Assembly: GCA_965112735.1 (NCBI GenBank) | Contig: OZ218950.1 | Coordinates: 3,348,001-3,412,000, forward strand | Direction of reading: 5' to 3' | DNA: 64,000 nt | DNA from: Phaeosaccion multiseriatum | Taxonomy: Eukaryota > Protista > Ochrophyta, other classes | In this document: piece after piece, positions 50,651-62,454 of the stretch | How the letters are laid out: each line of letters starts with the position of its first letter | How positions within the stretch are numbered: the stretch's first letter is position 1 | Program-made: the position numbers and the translations under genes | Notes under the pieces: generated by a model | What the model was told of the DNA's origin: nothing | The model's input: the letters and a program-made list of their open reading frames with translations, nothing else | The model's database searches: none

Positions 50651-50851
50651 ACCCTGGACAAGATTATCTGATTACTGATTACGGCCGGCACAGCTGGCCT
50701 GATTACTGATTATGGCGCCAGCCCGAGGAAATGGCCGGTGCCAGCCGGCCTGGTTGCTGATTACAGCCGGTGACCAGCCGGCCTGATTACTGCGCCAGCC
50801 GGGGGCTGATTACTGCTTACGGCCGGCGCACACCGTAAATCTTGTCCAGGT
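50651..50851. mobile_element. MITE-like element, ~200 bp, 13-bp terminal inverted repeats, internal CTGATTA/GGCCGG repeats
   Basis: CCTGGACAAGATT at 50653-50665 and AATCTTGTCCAGG at 50838-50850 bracket a degenerate minisatellite. Confidence 0.7.
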
Positions 50852-51301
50852 AGAACATGGGTATTTTCGCCTACAAAAGGGCCCTGTGGGCGAGAGGCGC
50901 AAATGAGAATTGAGAATTGTAATGGTATTAAAGTGGTGCTGTTGAATGTCAACGCGCGCTTCTCTCGTTCCTTTGCAAGGTGCACTCTACCGTATTCCAG
51001 GGTGCCTCTCGGAAGTACATTAGCTCCAAAAAGGGAAGGAAAGAGGCACGTGTTAAACTTGACGAATGGTTCATTTGACAGCGTGCTCCAGAGGGCCTTA
51101 TGGTGAGCCGCAGCTTCATCTTGCCGGCGTAGCCAACAGCCAATATGTCGGTTTCCAAACCCTCCACGCTCCTAGCACTTCGTCTAAGCCAAAATGACGT
51201 TCACAATCTTCCGATTTGATACTAAATGACAAACAAATAACAATTCTTCTTCCCACCACCCACCCAAACATATCCTATGTACCGTCTTGTCTGTCTGTCT
51301 A

Positions 51302-52376
51302 TCACAGAGGGGAGGCGATCCTCCTTGACCCGCTGCTTCCCGTCGTGCCGTTCCCGCTGTTGCCTCCCTTGAGTGTGTTATTGCTGCCCTTGCGCGTGAA
51401 GCTGCTGTTGTTGCCACCCCGAGCCAGCCCCACTACATTGCCGGCCCCGGGCCGAGCAGCGAGAGCCTCTGCATCACCGAGGTGTGCAGTAGTGGCAGCG
51501 TGGACACCAGCAGAGTATGGCGGGGGGGGGGGGAGGCGAGGCAGAGAGTTGGCGCCGGATCACACAGATCGGGCAACGTAGGGGGGGCGGTATGGGGGTT
51601 AGGGTGAGGTGAGAGTGAAGATGTGTGCTTACACGAGTGGACTGCAGGGGAGGGGCCAGTGAGAGAGTACCAAGTGAAGAGGCTGGAACGGTGCAGACTG
51701 ATACGGAGAGAGGCTTCGAAGAGTACTCCACACGGGGCAGACGGGCGGGCCGACTGACGGTCTGGTTGGCTGTCTACCTGACTACCTGACTGACTGAGGG
51801 ACTGACTGAGGGACTGACTGACTGACTGACTGACTGAGGGACTGACTGAGGGACTGACTGACTGACTGAGGGACTGACTGAGGGACTGACTGACTGACCT
51901 CTCTTGGCGGCGTCCTTCTCCCCTTGCTTTTTTGCCTCTTTCTCCCTCTTGCGTCCGCCCTGCAGCTCCGCCCACTCCGTCTCCTCCTCCTCCAGCTGGT
52001 CCAAGTAGCGTCGCCCGTTCCACATGAAAGCTTCGCCGTGCTTCTCTTCCCATGCGGCACAGCCGCGACGGAGCTTCTCGTTCAGCCATCTACAAAAGCG
52101 CACGCACACACACATGTACATGCACAGGGCGTAAGGGGGGGGGAGAGGAGGGAGGGGAGAGAGTTGAAGAGGTAGAGAGGCGGAGAGGGTGATAGGGGAA
52201 CATCTGGCCCCTGATACTGCTACACCACGCCATAGAGGTCGAGACAACGGTCGAACCAAGGTTCAGGCAGACAGATAAGATATGTGTACTCACGGCAGCC
52301 TCTTCTTGATGAGGGTCTCCTCCTTGAGCTTTTGTCGCAGCATCTTGGCTTGCTCGGCACCCCTGCACGCAAGCAT

Positions 52377-52415
<39 letters not shown>

Positions 52416-54746
52416 TACACACACATATGTGCACACATGCACACGCACGCAGCGCAAAGCAGCACAATGAAAAGGGTTGGGTCAATAGAAGCCAAGCAAC
52501 CCACCAACAGCGGTCAGCGGCAGACGGACACACAGAGCGGTAGAGGCACATGATTGAGTGAATGAGTGAGGGAGTGAGGGAGTGGGTGAGTAAGGTCAAG
52601 GTATGTGCCCGTGTGTATGCGCGCGCGTGCCCTCTGGTAGGCAGCCAGCCATACTCACTCTTCCTCCCACTCCCCCCCCTTCCTCCTCCTCTTCCTCCTC
52701 CTCCTGCTCCTCCTCCTCCTCCTCCTCATCCTCATCCTCGTCGTCGTCCTCGTCCTCTTCCTCCTCCTCCTCGTCCTCCTCCCCCCCCGCCTCCCCCTCC
52801 TCCTCCTCCTCCCCCCCCGCCTCCCCCTCCTCCTCCTCCTGCTCCTCCTCCTCCTCCTCCTCCTCCTCCTCCTCCTTCTTCTTCTTCTTCTTCTTCTTCT
52901 TCTTCTTCTTCTTCTCCTCGCAGCCTCCGCACCCACCTCCCCTGCACGACGGTCTCTCCCTCCTCATAAGCCGCCCTCTTCTCAAGCAGCTCCGCCCTCT
53001 CATTGAGCTTGTCGATGATCCCTTTGAGGCTCTCGTGCATGCGCTGCAACCGTTGTGCCTCTTCCTCGTGCAAGCTGAGCAGAGCGTCGTCGAATATGCA
53101 TCCATTCTCGCCGTCCTGGAGCTGAGGGACGGAGAGAAGGTTCCAGGCAGGGACAGAGGTGGAACAGACAAGGGCGAAGGGAAAGGCATGTATTCACGCG
53201 CGTGTGTGTATGTGTGTGTGCATCAGCGCGTGTGAGAAGCATGTTGGGGATTCATTTCGGAGGGCGAGAGGGGTGGGGGGAAGGGGGGAGGGAAAGGCGA
53301 GAAAAGTAAGCAGCCCTGCCTCTGCCTTGCCGCGGCTCTGCCCCTATCCTGCCCTGCCCTTCCACCCTACATCCAACCCCAGCGCACCACAACACACCAC
53401 AGCTTACATACGCTTACATACCTTGAACTCCTTGAAGTGGTCTCTGCCCGGATCTCCCTCCGGCATGTGCAGGGCCTCCCAGAGGCTCGAGATCTTCTCG
53501 CGGGCCCGCAGCACGAGCTCACCCATGCGCTGAGACTTGAGCACTCTGGTGAAAGGGGCGGGGTGGTGGGGGGAGATGGGCTGGGGGTGAGGGGCGGGGC
53601 TGGGGAAGGGAGGGGTGGGTGTGGCATTGCATAGACCAAACTTGGGTTCGGGCGAGGTCAAGTGAAAGCGGCCTCTTGATACGCAAGGCAGGCGGAAAGA
53701 AAGGACCAGCAGGGAGGGCAGGGAGAGGAAACAAGGGAAGCAAGTGGTGGTATCCTCCAACCTAAGATGCACAAAGAATGACCGGGAGAAAGAACAATCG
53801 GTGAGACCAAACGCCATTCTTCTCCCTCTTTCCATGGCTTCGACTAGAAAATGACCCTTCGAACTAGCACACACACACATGAACGCACCTGAGCCTGGTG
53901 ACCTCCTTCTCGCCTGCCTCCATCGTCTCTGTGCCCAGCCCATTGACGCCGTTGGTGAAGGAGAGCTGCTCCTCCTGCGGCACGTCCAGCAACTGCCAGA
54001 GAACCAAAATCTCCTCCCCCATGGTCTCTAGCTTCACTCTCCTCCGCTCCTTCTCCTCCGTGAGGAAGGTTAGGCGCTCGCTCACCTGGGCCAGCGCTTG
54101 TCTGCTGATGCCCACACACGTGTCAGATCGCTCCAAGCTCGACATCTGCCTCGCCCCCCCTCCTCCTCCTTCTCCTCCTCCTTCTCCCCCTGCTGCTGCT
54201 CCCGGTTGCTGGGGAGGGAGGAGACTGGATCGGATCTGCGTATCCAAGGCGTCCTCAACAGGCTCTTGAAGGGTCACATAGAGCTCCTATTGGGGCGGTA
54301 GGGCAGAAGGAGGGCAGAAGGAGGAGAGGAGGAAGGGATACACCGACCACCGACTGCTTGAGAGGGTGACTGACCGGCCAACCAAGAAGTCTGGGAAGCC
54401 TTCCCAAGCTTCTGTACTGCACCCTGCCTCTCACGACTATGGAAGCGCTGCACATGTATACGCGGTTGCAGGCCTAACTCGGCCCATAGTACATATCCTG
54501 CCCATAGTACTCTAATAGCTGCGCGGACAGCAAACAACCAGACGCTCCTTCTCTTACCTCGCAGTGTTCGATCATGTCCACCATGGTGTGCACACGGTCG
54601 TCGACAGCTTGCTCGAGCTCCCTTCGCTTGGCCTCGAAAACCTCCAATCGATCTTCCTCAAGACTGTGTGTGAGTTGTTGGCGGTGAAGGAGCGATGAGG
54701 GCAAGTACGGAGCAGAATGACACCGGGCAGAAGGGAGGGAGGGAGG

Positions 54747-54791
<45 letters not shown>

Positions 54792-56021
54792 AGGGAGGGA
54801 GGGAGGGAGGGAGGGAGGGAGGGAGGGAGGGAGGGAGGGAGGGAGGGAGGGAGGGAGGGAGGGAGGGAGGGAGGGAGGGAGGGAGGGAGGGAGTGAGGGG
54901 GGGAGGGAGAGGGAGGGAGGGAAGAAGGGAGGGAGGGAAGAAGGGAGGGTAAGATGAGGGCGAGACGAGGGCGAGAGATTGGACGGAGGCGGAGGGAGGG
55001 AGCTGTGGAAGGGGGAACGAGGAAGAACAAGAACAATAAAGCAGAAGGAGGAAGAAATACGAGAGACAGGCAGGCCGGCAGGCAGGCAGGCGGGCGGCCA
55101 AGTAGGGAAGATAGATATGACATGACACGGCGCGAAGACGTACTTGTTGTCGAGATCCAGCAAACGCTCAGGCACCTCCTCTCCGAGGAGGTGGCAGTCC
55201 CGCTCGATGGGCTCCAACACCGCCTGGAAGCGTGCCTTTTGCGCGTCGACCTTCGCGCGGATATCCTCCACCAGCACCTCGAGTAGTGCCAGATACTCGG
55301 TGAGGTTGTACTTGTTATCGGCAGTCTCGTCCCCCGGGCCCTCTCCCAGGAGCTGGAGGTTCAGATCCTCACCGCCGCCGTCGCCCATTTCGCCATCATC
55401 GGGGTCGATACCGAGGGATTGAAGGAGCTTCCGTGCCAACCCTCGCTGCTCTCCCACGCTCGTTATGAATTGATCGCGCACACCCTCCTCTTCCTTCAGC
55501 TGTGGGGCATTTTTCAATCGTCGGACGTAAATGAGGGGGGGCACAGACGAGGAGGGGCATCAATCGATTGTGTCAGACAAGTGCGCTATGGGAAGATCTT
55601 AAGACATCAGTGGTACCACCGATGTCGGCTGATCTGCTCTTTGGCAATACGATGACCATGTGCTTTGGCCGATAGCGGGGAGCTGCATCGGTATGCTACA
55701 CAATCATAGCGGAGGGAGGGGGTGGTTCCCGAGATAATTTGACAGCTCCTCTTGACAGAGTCTATGATGATGATGCTTCTGCTACCACTCCTCCTACTAC
55801 TAATCCTTCTACCTCTAAAACTTTTTACGATACAGTTCTCTTACCTTCCGATCGAGTGTGTGTCGCACGTCGATCAATAGCTGCTGCAGCTGCCTCGTTC
55901 TCGCCTTCTTGCTGTAGCCCACCTCTTCCCATAACACCTCGAGCTTCTGAGTAATCTCACGCGCATATTCAATCACCCCTCCCTCCACTCCTTTCGGCTC
56001 AGTGCTTTGTTGCTCTGCCAT
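51302..56021 (-). CDS. PRC1: MAP65/PRC1/Ase1 family spindle-midzone microtubule bundler, ~9 exons
   Basis: KLEVLWEEVG, ILVLWQLLDVP, REKISSLWEAL, LSLHEEEAQRL, LKEETLIKKRLP/WLNEKL..AWEEKHGEAFMWNGRRYL. Confidence 0.88.
51778..51899 (-). repeat. (GTCA)n / GTCCCTCA composite repeat starting at a MAP65 splice donor
   Basis: gactgactgagg units on the + strand ending at the donor at ~51899. Confidence 0.9.
52680..52918. repeat. Compound (CCT)n/(CTT)n microsatellite in a MAP65 intron
   Basis: Direct tandem repeats. Confidence 0.9.
54732..54950. repeat. (GA)n and (GGGA)n microsatellite in a MAP65 intron (pyrimidine tract on the coding strand)
   Basis: Direct tandem repeats. Confidence 0.9.
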
Positions 56022-56282
56022 CGATGCCTCAAGACTGCCTTCAGGGAGGGATACAAAACAAATGCACACACGTCAACGAATCAGGCTCTAACAGATGAGC
56101 ACACCACCGGCGTCTGCTGCTGTAGCAGCACCCGAGTGTTCGTGCAGCCTCACACCTCTTTGGTAGAGTGCAAAGCACAAAAGGGGGGGAAATAGAAAAG
56201 ATCAACGGCCAGTAATACTGAAATTGGAAATTCGTTACTATTATTCAGACGCGGGATCGGAGGGGAGAAGGAGTAGTGTAGG

Positions 56283-58448
56283 ATGTTCGTTCGGGCAATC
56301 AAGCGTTCTCGTGCTCGGGGGACGTCCGGAGGAGCAGCAGCCGCCGCAGTATGCCCCCCCCGTCTCGTGGGAGGAGGAGGAGGAGGAGGAGGAAAATCCA
56401 TACACCTGGGGGGAAGATGGGTCTCGGCTCTCTCCACATCTTTGGTAGCTTCGCACCCTCCTGTGGAAAGTCACTCGTTCCGCCTGATTGGAACCAGGGT
56501 TATTACGGCGGGGATACGGCAGGGACGAGGTGGTACACGTGCAGAGGGAGAGAAGCAAAAAGAGCTGAACAAAGAGATCCAGAGACTTGGAAAAAAGCGC
56601 GACTGGAGGGGGGTTGCGAGAGCGATTGAGAAGGCGAAAGCAGCGGGGCTTCGAATGAACGTCATTTTGTTTAACGCTTCTATTTCTGCGGTGGGCAAAG
56701 CTCGGCGATGGAAGGGTGCGCTTGCCCTGCTCGATGAAATGAAGGCAAGCGACCTCCAACCCGATGTCATCTCGTACAGCTCTGCGATTGCTGCTTGTGG
56801 CAAGGCAGGGCAGCACGAGAAGGCGCTGGACTTACTGGGGGAGATGCGGAAGGAAGGGCTTCAACCCGATGAATTCTCGTACAGCTCTGCGATTAGTGCT
56901 TGCGGCAGCGCGAAGCAGCACGAGAAGGCGCTGGACTTGCTGGAGGAGATGCGGAAGGAAGGGCTTCAACCCAATGTCATCACGTACAACTCTGCGATTG
57001 ATGCTTGTGGCAATGCAGGGCAGTACGAGAAGGCGCTGGACTTGCTGGAGGAGATGCGGAAGGAAGGGCTTCAACCCAATGCCATCTCGTACAACTCTGC
57101 GATTAGTGCTTGTGGCAATGCAGGGCAGTACGAGAAGGCGCTGGACTTGCTGGAGGAGATGCGGAGGGAAGGGCTTCAACCCAATGTCATCACGTACAAC
57201 TCTGCGATTGATGCTTGTGGCAATGCAGGGCAGTACGAGAAGGCGCTGGACTTGCTGGAGGAGATGCGGAAGGAAGGGCTTCAACCCGATGTTATCACGT
57301 ACAGCTCTGCGATTAGTGCTTGTGGCAAGGCAGGGCAATGCGAGAAGGCGCTGGACTTGCTGGAGGAGATGCGGAAGGAAGGGCTTCAACCCAATGTCAT
57401 CTCGTACAGCTCTGCGATTAGTGCTTGCGGCAGCGCGAAGCAGCACGAGAAGGCGCTGGACTTGCTGGAGGAGATGCGGAGGGAAGGGCTTCAACCCAAT
57501 GTCATCACGTACAACTCTGCGATTGATGCTTGTGGCAATGCAGGGCAGTACGAGAAGGCGCTGGACTTGCTGGAGGCGATGCGGAAGGAAGGGCTTCAAC
57601 CCGATGTTATCACGTACAACTCTGCGATTAGTGCTTGTGGCAATGCAGGGCAGTACGAGAAGGCGCTGGACTTGCTGGAGGAGATGCGGAGGGAAGGGCT
57701 TCAACCCGATGTCATCTCGTACAGCTCTGCGATTAGTGCTTGTGGCAATGCAGGGCAGCACGAGAAGGCGCTGGACTTGCTGGAGGAGATGCGGAGGGAA
57801 GGGCTTCAACCCGATGTCATCACGTACAGCTCTGCGATTAGTGCTTGCGGCAGCGCGAATCAGCACGAGAAGGCGCTGGACTTGCTGGAGGAGATGCGGA
57901 AGGAAGGGCTTCAACCCGATGTTATCACGTACAACTCTGCGATTAGTGCTTGTGGCAATGCAGGGCAATGCGAGAAGGCGCTGGACTTGCTGGAGGAGAT
58001 GCAGAGGGAAGGGCTTCAACCCAATGTCATCACGTACAACTCTGCGATTAGTGCTTGCTGCAGCGCGAAGCAGCACGAGAAGGCGCTGGACTTGCTGGAG
58101 GAGATGCGGAAGGAAGGGCTTCAACCCGATGTTATCACGTACAGCTCTGCGATTAGCGCTTGTGGCAATGCAGGGCAATGCGAGAAGGCGCTGGACTTGC
58201 TGGAGGAGATGCGGAGGGAAGGGCTTCAACCCAATGTCATCTCGTACAGCTCTGCGATTAGTGCTTGCGGCAGCGCGAAGCAGCACGAGAAGGCGCTGGA
58301 CTTGCTGGAGGAGATGCGGAGGGAAGGGCTTCAACCCAATGCCATCGCGTACAACTCTGCGATTGATGCTTGTGGCAATGCAGGGCAGTACGAGAAGGCG
58401 CTGGACTTGCTGGAGGAGATGCGGAGGGAAGGGCCTCAATCCGATTGA
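56283..58448 (+). CDS. P-type pentatricopeptide repeat protein, 17 intact PPR motifs, probable mitochondrial targeting peptide
   Basis: 35-aa repeats VI(S/T)Y(N/S)SAIxACGxAGQxEKALDLLEEMRxEGLQP(D/N); Arg-rich N-terminus without acidic residues for ~60 aa. Confidence 0.92.
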   Translation: MFVRAIKRSRARGTSGGAAAAAVCPPRLVGGGGGGGGKSIHLGGRWVSALSTSLVASHPPVESHSFRLIGTRVITAGIRQGRGGTRAEGEKQKELNKEIQRLGKKRDWRGVARAIEKAKAAGLRMNVILFNASISAVGKARRWKGALALLDEMKASDLQPDVISYSSAIAACGKAGQHEKALDLLGEMRKEGLQPDEFSYSSAISACGSAKQHEKALDLLEEMRKEGLQPNVITYNSAIDACGNAGQYEKALDLLEEMRKEGLQPNAISYNSAISACGNAGQYEKALDLLEEMRREGLQPNVITYNSAIDACGNAGQYEKALDLLEEMRKEGLQPDVITYSSAISACGKAGQCEKALDLLEEMRKEGLQPNVISYSSAISACGSAKQHEKALDLLEEMRREGLQPNVITYNSAIDACGNAGQYEKALDLLEAMRKEGLQPDVITYNSAISACGNAGQYEKALDLLEEMRREGLQPDVISYSSAISACGNAGQHEKALDLLEEMRREGLQPDVITYSSAISACGSANQHEKALDLLEEMRKEGLQPDVITYNSAISACGNAGQCEKALDLLEEMQREGLQPNVITYNSAISACCSAKQHEKALDLLEEMRKEGLQPDVITYSSAISACGNAGQCEKALDLLEEMRREGLQPNVISYSSAISACGSAKQHEKALDLLEEMRREGLQPNAIAYNSAIDACGNAGQYEKALDLLEEMRREGPQSD

Positions 58449-59090
58449 TTTCGGTTAAACTCTGTGATAGCTGCTTGTGGCAAGGCAGGGCAGCACGAGA
58501 AGGCGCTGGACTTGCTGGAGGAGATGCAGAGGGACGGGCTTTTTTGCGTACCCGATGTCATCACGTACAGCTCTGCGATTAGCGCTTGTGGCAAGGCAGG
58601 GCAATGCGAGAAGGCGCTGGACTTGCTGGAGGAGATGCGGAGGGAAGGGCTTCAACCCGATGCCATCACGTACAACTCTGCGATTGATGCTTGTGGCAAT
58701 GCAGGGCAGTACGAGAAGGCGCTGGACTTACCGGAGGAGATGCGGAAGGAAGGGCTTCAACCCAGTGAAAGTTCGTACAGCTCTGCGATTGCTGCTTGCG
58801 GCAGCGCAGGGCAGTACGAGAAGACGCTGAACTTGCTGGAGGAGATGCAGAGGGAAGGGCTTGAGCCCGTCATCTCGTACAACTCTGCGATAGTGCTTGT
58901 GGCAATGCAGGGCAGTACGAGAAGGCGCTGGACTTGCTGGAGGAGATGCGGAGAGACGGGTTTGGGCCCAATGATATCTCGTACAACTCTGCGGTTAGTG
59001 CTTGCGGCAAGGCGGGGCAGCACGAAAAGGCGCTGGCCTTGCTGGAGGAAATGCGGAGAGAAGGGCTTCAACCCGATGTCATCTCGTACA
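56755..59090 (+). repeat. Tandem array of ~22 near-identical 105-bp units (PPR coding)
   Basis: Core cgagaaggcgctggacttgctggaggagatgc recurs every 105 bp. Confidence 0.97.
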
Positions 59091-59430
59091 GGCCTGCGAT
59101 TCATGTCCTGTCTGTGCACAAGCCATGGGGCCGGCTGACAGCCTGTACGCAGATGCCATCGCAAAGGGTATAACGTCGCATTGGAAGAGGGGAAACGAAG
59201 GGAAGGTGACGGACTTGCACCAGCACTGGGAGTGGACCGGCAAGGCCGCCCTTCGCTACGCTCTTCAAGTGGAGTGGGCGAAGGCCCGGATCAGATTCGT
59301 CACTGGGCGGCAGCGTGGACGGTGCAGCGTGCTGAAGCCTGCGGTGCGGGTGTACCTCAACAGAGAGCTCGGACTGCACGCCACAGGGCACGACACCAAC
59401 GAGGGCCGTGTGGTTTTCAAGGCAGAGTAG
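58449..59430 (+). pseudogene. Disrupted 3' part of the PPR-SMR gene: ~6 more PPR motifs and an SMR (Smr/MutS2 C-terminal) domain
   Basis: In-frame TGA at 58446-58448, then frameshifts near 58891 and ~59125; SMR motifs TDLHQH..AALRYAL..FVTGR..LKPAVRVYL..NEGRV. Confidence 0.75.
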
Positions 59431-60241
59431 TAGGTAGGCATCATCGGTAGAAGGGGAGAACGGGGAAGTGACTTCAGACTTCAGAGCCGAGTGGGTATGG
59501 AAGTGGCAGACTGGGCACAATCACAGCATCACAGCTGACAACGCCTCGTATTCAAGTTCCAGTTTCAGTTTCACTCTTCTTCTTTCCCAATTCCCCCAAC
59601 GGTTTATGCACGAGAAGTATGAGTAATCCGGAGGCGCTTGGCCGTGGCGCTCCAAAGGGCACACCACGAGAGATCGATTCTCCAAGGCGAGCGGCACAGA
59701 AGAGAACATCTCAGCTAACAACGGAGCAGCCCATATTCCTTCTGCATTTACTCGACAGTAACTATTTACGAGGGCGCGAAGAACGCCTTCTCCTTCACGA
59801 TTCACGAGCGAGGCATGGCGGCATGGCCCTGAGAGTCCAAGCCGCCATCGGACCTCGGCGTGACGGAGCGACGGAGCGAGCGACCTCAGAGTCAAGCGCT
59901 CTGCTCCTCCGCTCACGGCTGAGCGCGTCGGGGGTCGGGGGAAGTACCCCGTCATCCCGAGGGGGGGGCTGTCTGCTGTTGCCATTCTTCTTCAGCCGGC
60001 CTGTCGTGAGGGCGAGAGCGATGGTACACGAGGTACAGCTTCAGCCCTTTCGACGACCCTGGATGGGGAGCGAAGGGCCGCTCGCCGGGCAAGATTACGC
60101 TGTATCCGCCTCGTGACTTGCTGCAGAGAAACCATCGCCCCCAACCCTGCAGCAATGTGCATGTATGTGCGAGCGTGCATGCATGCGTGTGTATCTGCGC
60201 CTGTGTGTATCTGCGCCCAAGTGTGCGTGTGTGTGTGTGTG

Positions 60242-61941
60242 TCAAGTCCCTGCTTCCCACGTGAGTCTCAGTCCCAAGGAAGTAGCATCGCTCGAGAAGA
60301 CTCTCACGATCCTGACAGCGCTACCACTTCCGCCGCTGCCTGCTCTGCCTCCCCTCGCGGGTGGATCTGCCGCTTCGAGCCACTCATTGGTGCCCAGCCT
60401 TTGTACGGCAGCAGAACTCATCGAAGTGATAAGGCGCAGGCTGAATGTCGAAAACTCGTTCTGAAACCCTGCTCACACAGCGGGGAAGGGGGAGGTTAGG
60501 GGGGGGGGGTTGGTATGCATCTTGGTGAGCCAGGCACAAACCCAGTCAGTCTGCTTCTAATTTTAAGGGGAGAGGGGGGGGGTGCAATGTGATACTGCGA
60601 CGCAATGAATGCATGTACGTCCAGGAGTCTGTAGGCACTTTGATAGCGTGCCACCCTCCCCTCCTCTCCTCGACTCGCAGCACGCCCCCTCTTGGCCACA
60701 TCCACATCGCAAGCTCACACGCCAACCACGCAGATACTTCATACACTACCTTCAGGGTCGCCGTGCTTGGCTGTGAGTTGCGTGATGAGTGACGTGAGAA
60801 CTCCCCTCAGCTCATTCTCCAGCTGGATTAAATAGTGGAAGGTGAGGGAGAGAAGCCGGGGGTCGGTGGGGAGAGGCAAAGTATGAGCAGTCGTTCGGTG
60901 ACGCATAGGGCCTAGTGCGGACTCAAATATTTCGAACGGGCCACGGTTTCTCACGTTCAGTTGGCGAGGTGTAGGGGGTTGGAAAGTAGAGTGTGTGACT
61001 GCCTGGGGACGAGATGAATGATTGAGCCCTGGCTAGGTAGCCAGCCACCACTCCCAGTCAATTAGGCAAGCAGATGGTGCGGGAATCAGGCAAGCAGAGG
61101 GTGGCGCGAAGAGTGGCGCGAAGGCCGCTTGTCCACTCACTCGAAGCCAGGGCCAGAAGAAGTGCCCCTCCACCCCCCCCCAGAGTTACTACGTACCAGG
61201 CCGATTGTTCTGACATCCATAGTGGGCCTGAGTTTCCCATGAGGGAGGCGGGGGCAGCGAGAATGGAGCCAGACATGAGAAACGTTACTGGCGGATCAAC
61301 AAGCTGGTTGCGAGGATGTAGTGCAAATGAAGGTGGGGAGATTCAAGAGGGGGAAAGAGAGCTTCTCTTGTGCCGGCGTCGGTGAGGGGCTAAGAAGAAC
61401 GCGACCGAGCACGAACCTGTCGTCACCCTTGTTCGTTGCGGTCGCAGCAGCAGCTATCCCATCGATTCCGATGACGATCCTCTCGCTCACTTTGTCGGAG
61501 TGATCGTGCAGGCAAATGGCCAATTCGCGAACTGCTCCCTAACCTCCGAGCCGAGGGAAAGAAAAACGGGGAAGATCTGCGTGAGGTGGGGGAGTAGGAA
61601 AGCCACATCTCTCTGGTGCCTCTAGATAACGACCTCCCGCCCCTTCCAGGCGCCTCCTCCTCCCCCCGCATACTAGTTCACTCCGAAATGCAACAACCCA
61701 TCCGTCCTACCCCCGTCACCTTGGCGATGAGCGGTCTCGCATTGACCAGTACTCGCGCAATGTAGTCGTTGAGGTCCGGATGCCTACTCTCCCATACCCC
61801 GAGCCCGCCATACTTGGAGGCCTTTTGAAAGATGTCCCTGGGGTACACTTGCCGCAGATGCAGCGTTTGGTGCACGAGCACCTCCAGGAACTCCACAAGG
61901 ATTTCCGCCAGTATCTGCTGGTCTGCGAGTGGCAGAGACAT
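60242..61941 (-). CDS. REV7: HORMA-domain protein REV7/MAD2L2, ~5 exons
   Basis: ILVEFLEVLVHQTLHLRQVYPRDIFQK..VWESRHPDLNDYIARVL; SERIVI; LENELRGVL; TFSLRL. Confidence 0.9.
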
Positions 61942-62454
61942 GTTATGGGAGAGAGAGAAAAAAGAAAAAAAAAAAGAAATAAAAGATGGAACACTTTGAG
62001 TACAGCGCATTCCCTGCCATCTGTGAGGAAGCAGTTGAGACTTCCGCGCGGCCGGAGATCTCGCGCGCGGGAGAAGCAAGGGGATCCCTCTCTTTCGTAC
62101 GCAATGCCCCGGCTGGGGAGTACGGGGGAAAGGAAGGAGGCTGCTCGAGAGCGACTTGCTTCGCTGAATCGAAGGTCCTCTCAAGGCTCCTTAGTACGCC
62201 AAGATCCAAGGCATGAAAGACGAACCCACGCTGCAGCTTCATCTCACGTGGAAAATGCTGCGTATATGCAGGTCCGGCTCATGCCCGATTCGTGCATCTC
62301 AGCGAGCGTCCGAACTGGTGTCCGAAGTAGTGTCTCTCTCTCTCCAGCACCACAATCATCGCCCGATCAAGTTCCTCACTCTCTCCCTCTCCTACTGTGT
62401 CTGTATCCGAACTCATCTTCTCAACATCAGGAGTTCAGGAGCGCACTTGCCGAC

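Noticed and set aside
58446-58448. In-frame TGA as selenocysteine or programmed readthrough
   Set aside because: It arises from compensating indels at a Val position, and downstream frameshifts would still block the SMR domain.
56764-58458. 564-aa alternative-frame ORF and 535-aa antisense ORF over the PPR array
   Set aside because: They stay open only because the repeated 105-bp unit lacks stops in those frames; no independent coding signal.
56755-59090. Regular repeat array as a CRISPR-like locus
   Set aside because: Units are contiguous, in-frame coding repeats with no unique spacers and no cas genes; the context is eukaryotic.
42099-61941. WAPL, MAP65 and REV7 as a cell-division gene cluster
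   Set aside because: They are interleaved with unrelated genes, and the sequence alone gives no evidence beyond chance proximity.
61780-62454. N-terminal part of the 441-aa ORF overlapping REV7 antisense
   Set aside because: Shadow of REV7 plus promoter or UTR sequence; the WD40 protein plausibly starts at ATG 62455.
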